In this document: one piece after another, positions 62,663-64,000 of the stretch
How the letters are laid out: each line of letters opens with the position of its first letter
Numbering within the stretch: the first letter of the stretch is position 1
Assembly: GCA_010093605.1 (NCBI GenBank)
Contig: MU004194.1
Location: forward strand, 534,323-598,322
DNA from: Lophium mytilinum
Taxonomy: Eukaryota
Direction: 5' to 3'
DNA length: 64,000 nt
Notes under the pieces: generated by a model
Told to the model about the DNA's origin: nothing
What the model saw: the letters and a program-made list of their open reading frames with translations, nothing else
The model's database searches: none
Made by a program: the position numbers and the translations under genes

Positions 62663-63546
62663 TTACACGTACCCTAAAAGGCCGTTAGCAAATATGATAA
62701 GGATAAAGACCGCCGCTCCCTCTCCCCTTATTATCCCAGCAGGGTGAACCCACCTTTCCGCGCGCCCTGAAAGAAGAACCTAACCACGAAGACTTGCAGC
62801 CCGGCCATTGTGACCATCATAACGCCCTCGATGATGCTAAAGTTGAAAATGCGACGCTCGGTGCTGCGGACGGTACTGAAGTTGCGGTTCTCGCGTGTTC
62901 GGAAGTACTTCTGGTTGCGGTTGATGGTGGAGAGCTGCGCGGAGAGCTTGAGGATGGATTCCTCGAGGACGGAAGTCTGTTCGGGGGATGTGCCTTGCTT
63001 GGAAGGAAGCTGAGCGCGAGCTTCATTTTCAACCTGTTGGAAAGAAAGATATGTCAGCACTCTTTCAACTTGCCACAGATTGATTATACACCGAGGAAGA
63101 TTGAACTTGACAGGGATTGATGGGCACGGAAGAAGGGAAATCCCATACAGCAATTTCAAAGTCCACCATCTTCTCCGAATAAGTGGACATTTCATTGTTG
63201 AAGCAGAAGCGGTATTCGCCCACGTCGTTCGCCGTAAAGACGAAGTCGCCCTGGCGCTCTTTCGTCCCATCCAGTATCACCTTCTCACTAGGACCCACGA
63301 CCGAGTAGTCGACATCAAAGGAACCTCCAGATTGCACCTAGTGTATATAATGTCAGTGAATCTTCAATTGGTCAGGAGGAAGACTGAGCATACTGCGAAA
63401 TAGAATGCCACCTTGGCCCCCTTCTGCTCCACATAACTGAAGAAACACGACTTCTCGTTCGCGCCCAGCTTGTATGTGAGAGCCGTACCGTACACGGCAG
63501 AAGTAAACAAGGCCAGCAGGCTGGAGAGAAGCAGTATTGTCCGCAT
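62663..63546 (-). CDS. p24/emp24/gp25L cargo receptor (Erp2/3/4-like)
   Basis: Four exons encode a signal peptide, a GOLD domain (KSCFF..GEYRFCFNNEMST), a coiled coil, a TM helix and the tail RFFFQGARKGYV*. Confidence 0.92.
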
Positions 63547-64000
63547 GCTGGGTAAATGTGATGTGGTGTTGCAAGAACAGCCCGACTTCCAAAGTTCGCG
63601 ACGCCGTGTCCAGAACAGCCCGCTAGCCGATGTTTCGGCGGAATGCCGGTTAGCTCGCAAATCACGTGCAATAGGATTTCGTTTCACTTCTTGACAACTT
63701 GTGAAATGCAGACATGAAAGAAGCACGCTTTTCGGTATACATATTGGTACTCATGACTTAGCAAATCTGCCGACTCCCGTTCCTGCTAAGCCAAGTACGC
63801 CGATTCGCAGTCTACCTGCTATCATCCGCCACCGCACAGCAACACCTGTGGACTGATCCTTCGCGTCTACCAAAAGGGTGCGCTTGGAAAAACGCCATCT
63901 ATGCACAGAAAGCCAGCTGAGCCCGTGTCGCTTTAGAAATCAGCGCCAGCCAGGTGCTCCGCAACGCCCGAACAGTAAACTCAAGCCACCCTACACCGCC

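Overview
This is eukaryotic, intron-rich DNA from a filamentous ascomycete (Pezizomycotina, inferred from GT-AG introns with CTRAY branch sites and from gene content). I could reconstruct about 22 protein-coding genes by hand. They are VPS15 (3' part), LEA1, FIP1, NUP49-like, an ECM4-type glutathione transferase, a 928-aa disordered protein, thioredoxin, a class II aldolase, acyltransferase-3, ADH1, a Zip2/SHOC1-like protein, a TauD dioxygenase, a delta-8 sphingolipid desaturase, a Zn2Cys6 factor, FMP42, MRPL15, a NUDT19-like Nudix hydrolase, an NAAA/acid-ceramidase-like amidase, a class II hydrophobin, a p24 cargo receptor and two small hypothetical proteins. There are also pseudogene relics and repeats. 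Four observations stand out. (1) The TauD gene appears to need a single-nucleotide exon (position 32326) between two back-to-back introns, right after its HxD iron-binding motif. (2) A perfect 69-bp inverted repeat (43789-44212) duplicates a first exon plus splice donor, serving the Zn2Cys6 gene on one side and an unannotated spliced transcript on the other. (3) FIP1 has a spliced 92-aa N-terminal extension. (4) A gene-poor island (about 33.5-39.4 kb) holds a 107-bp minisatellite and an old inverted duplication. No rRNA, tRNA, CRISPR array or intact transposase was recognised. All exon models were read by eye and are not confirmed by transcripts.
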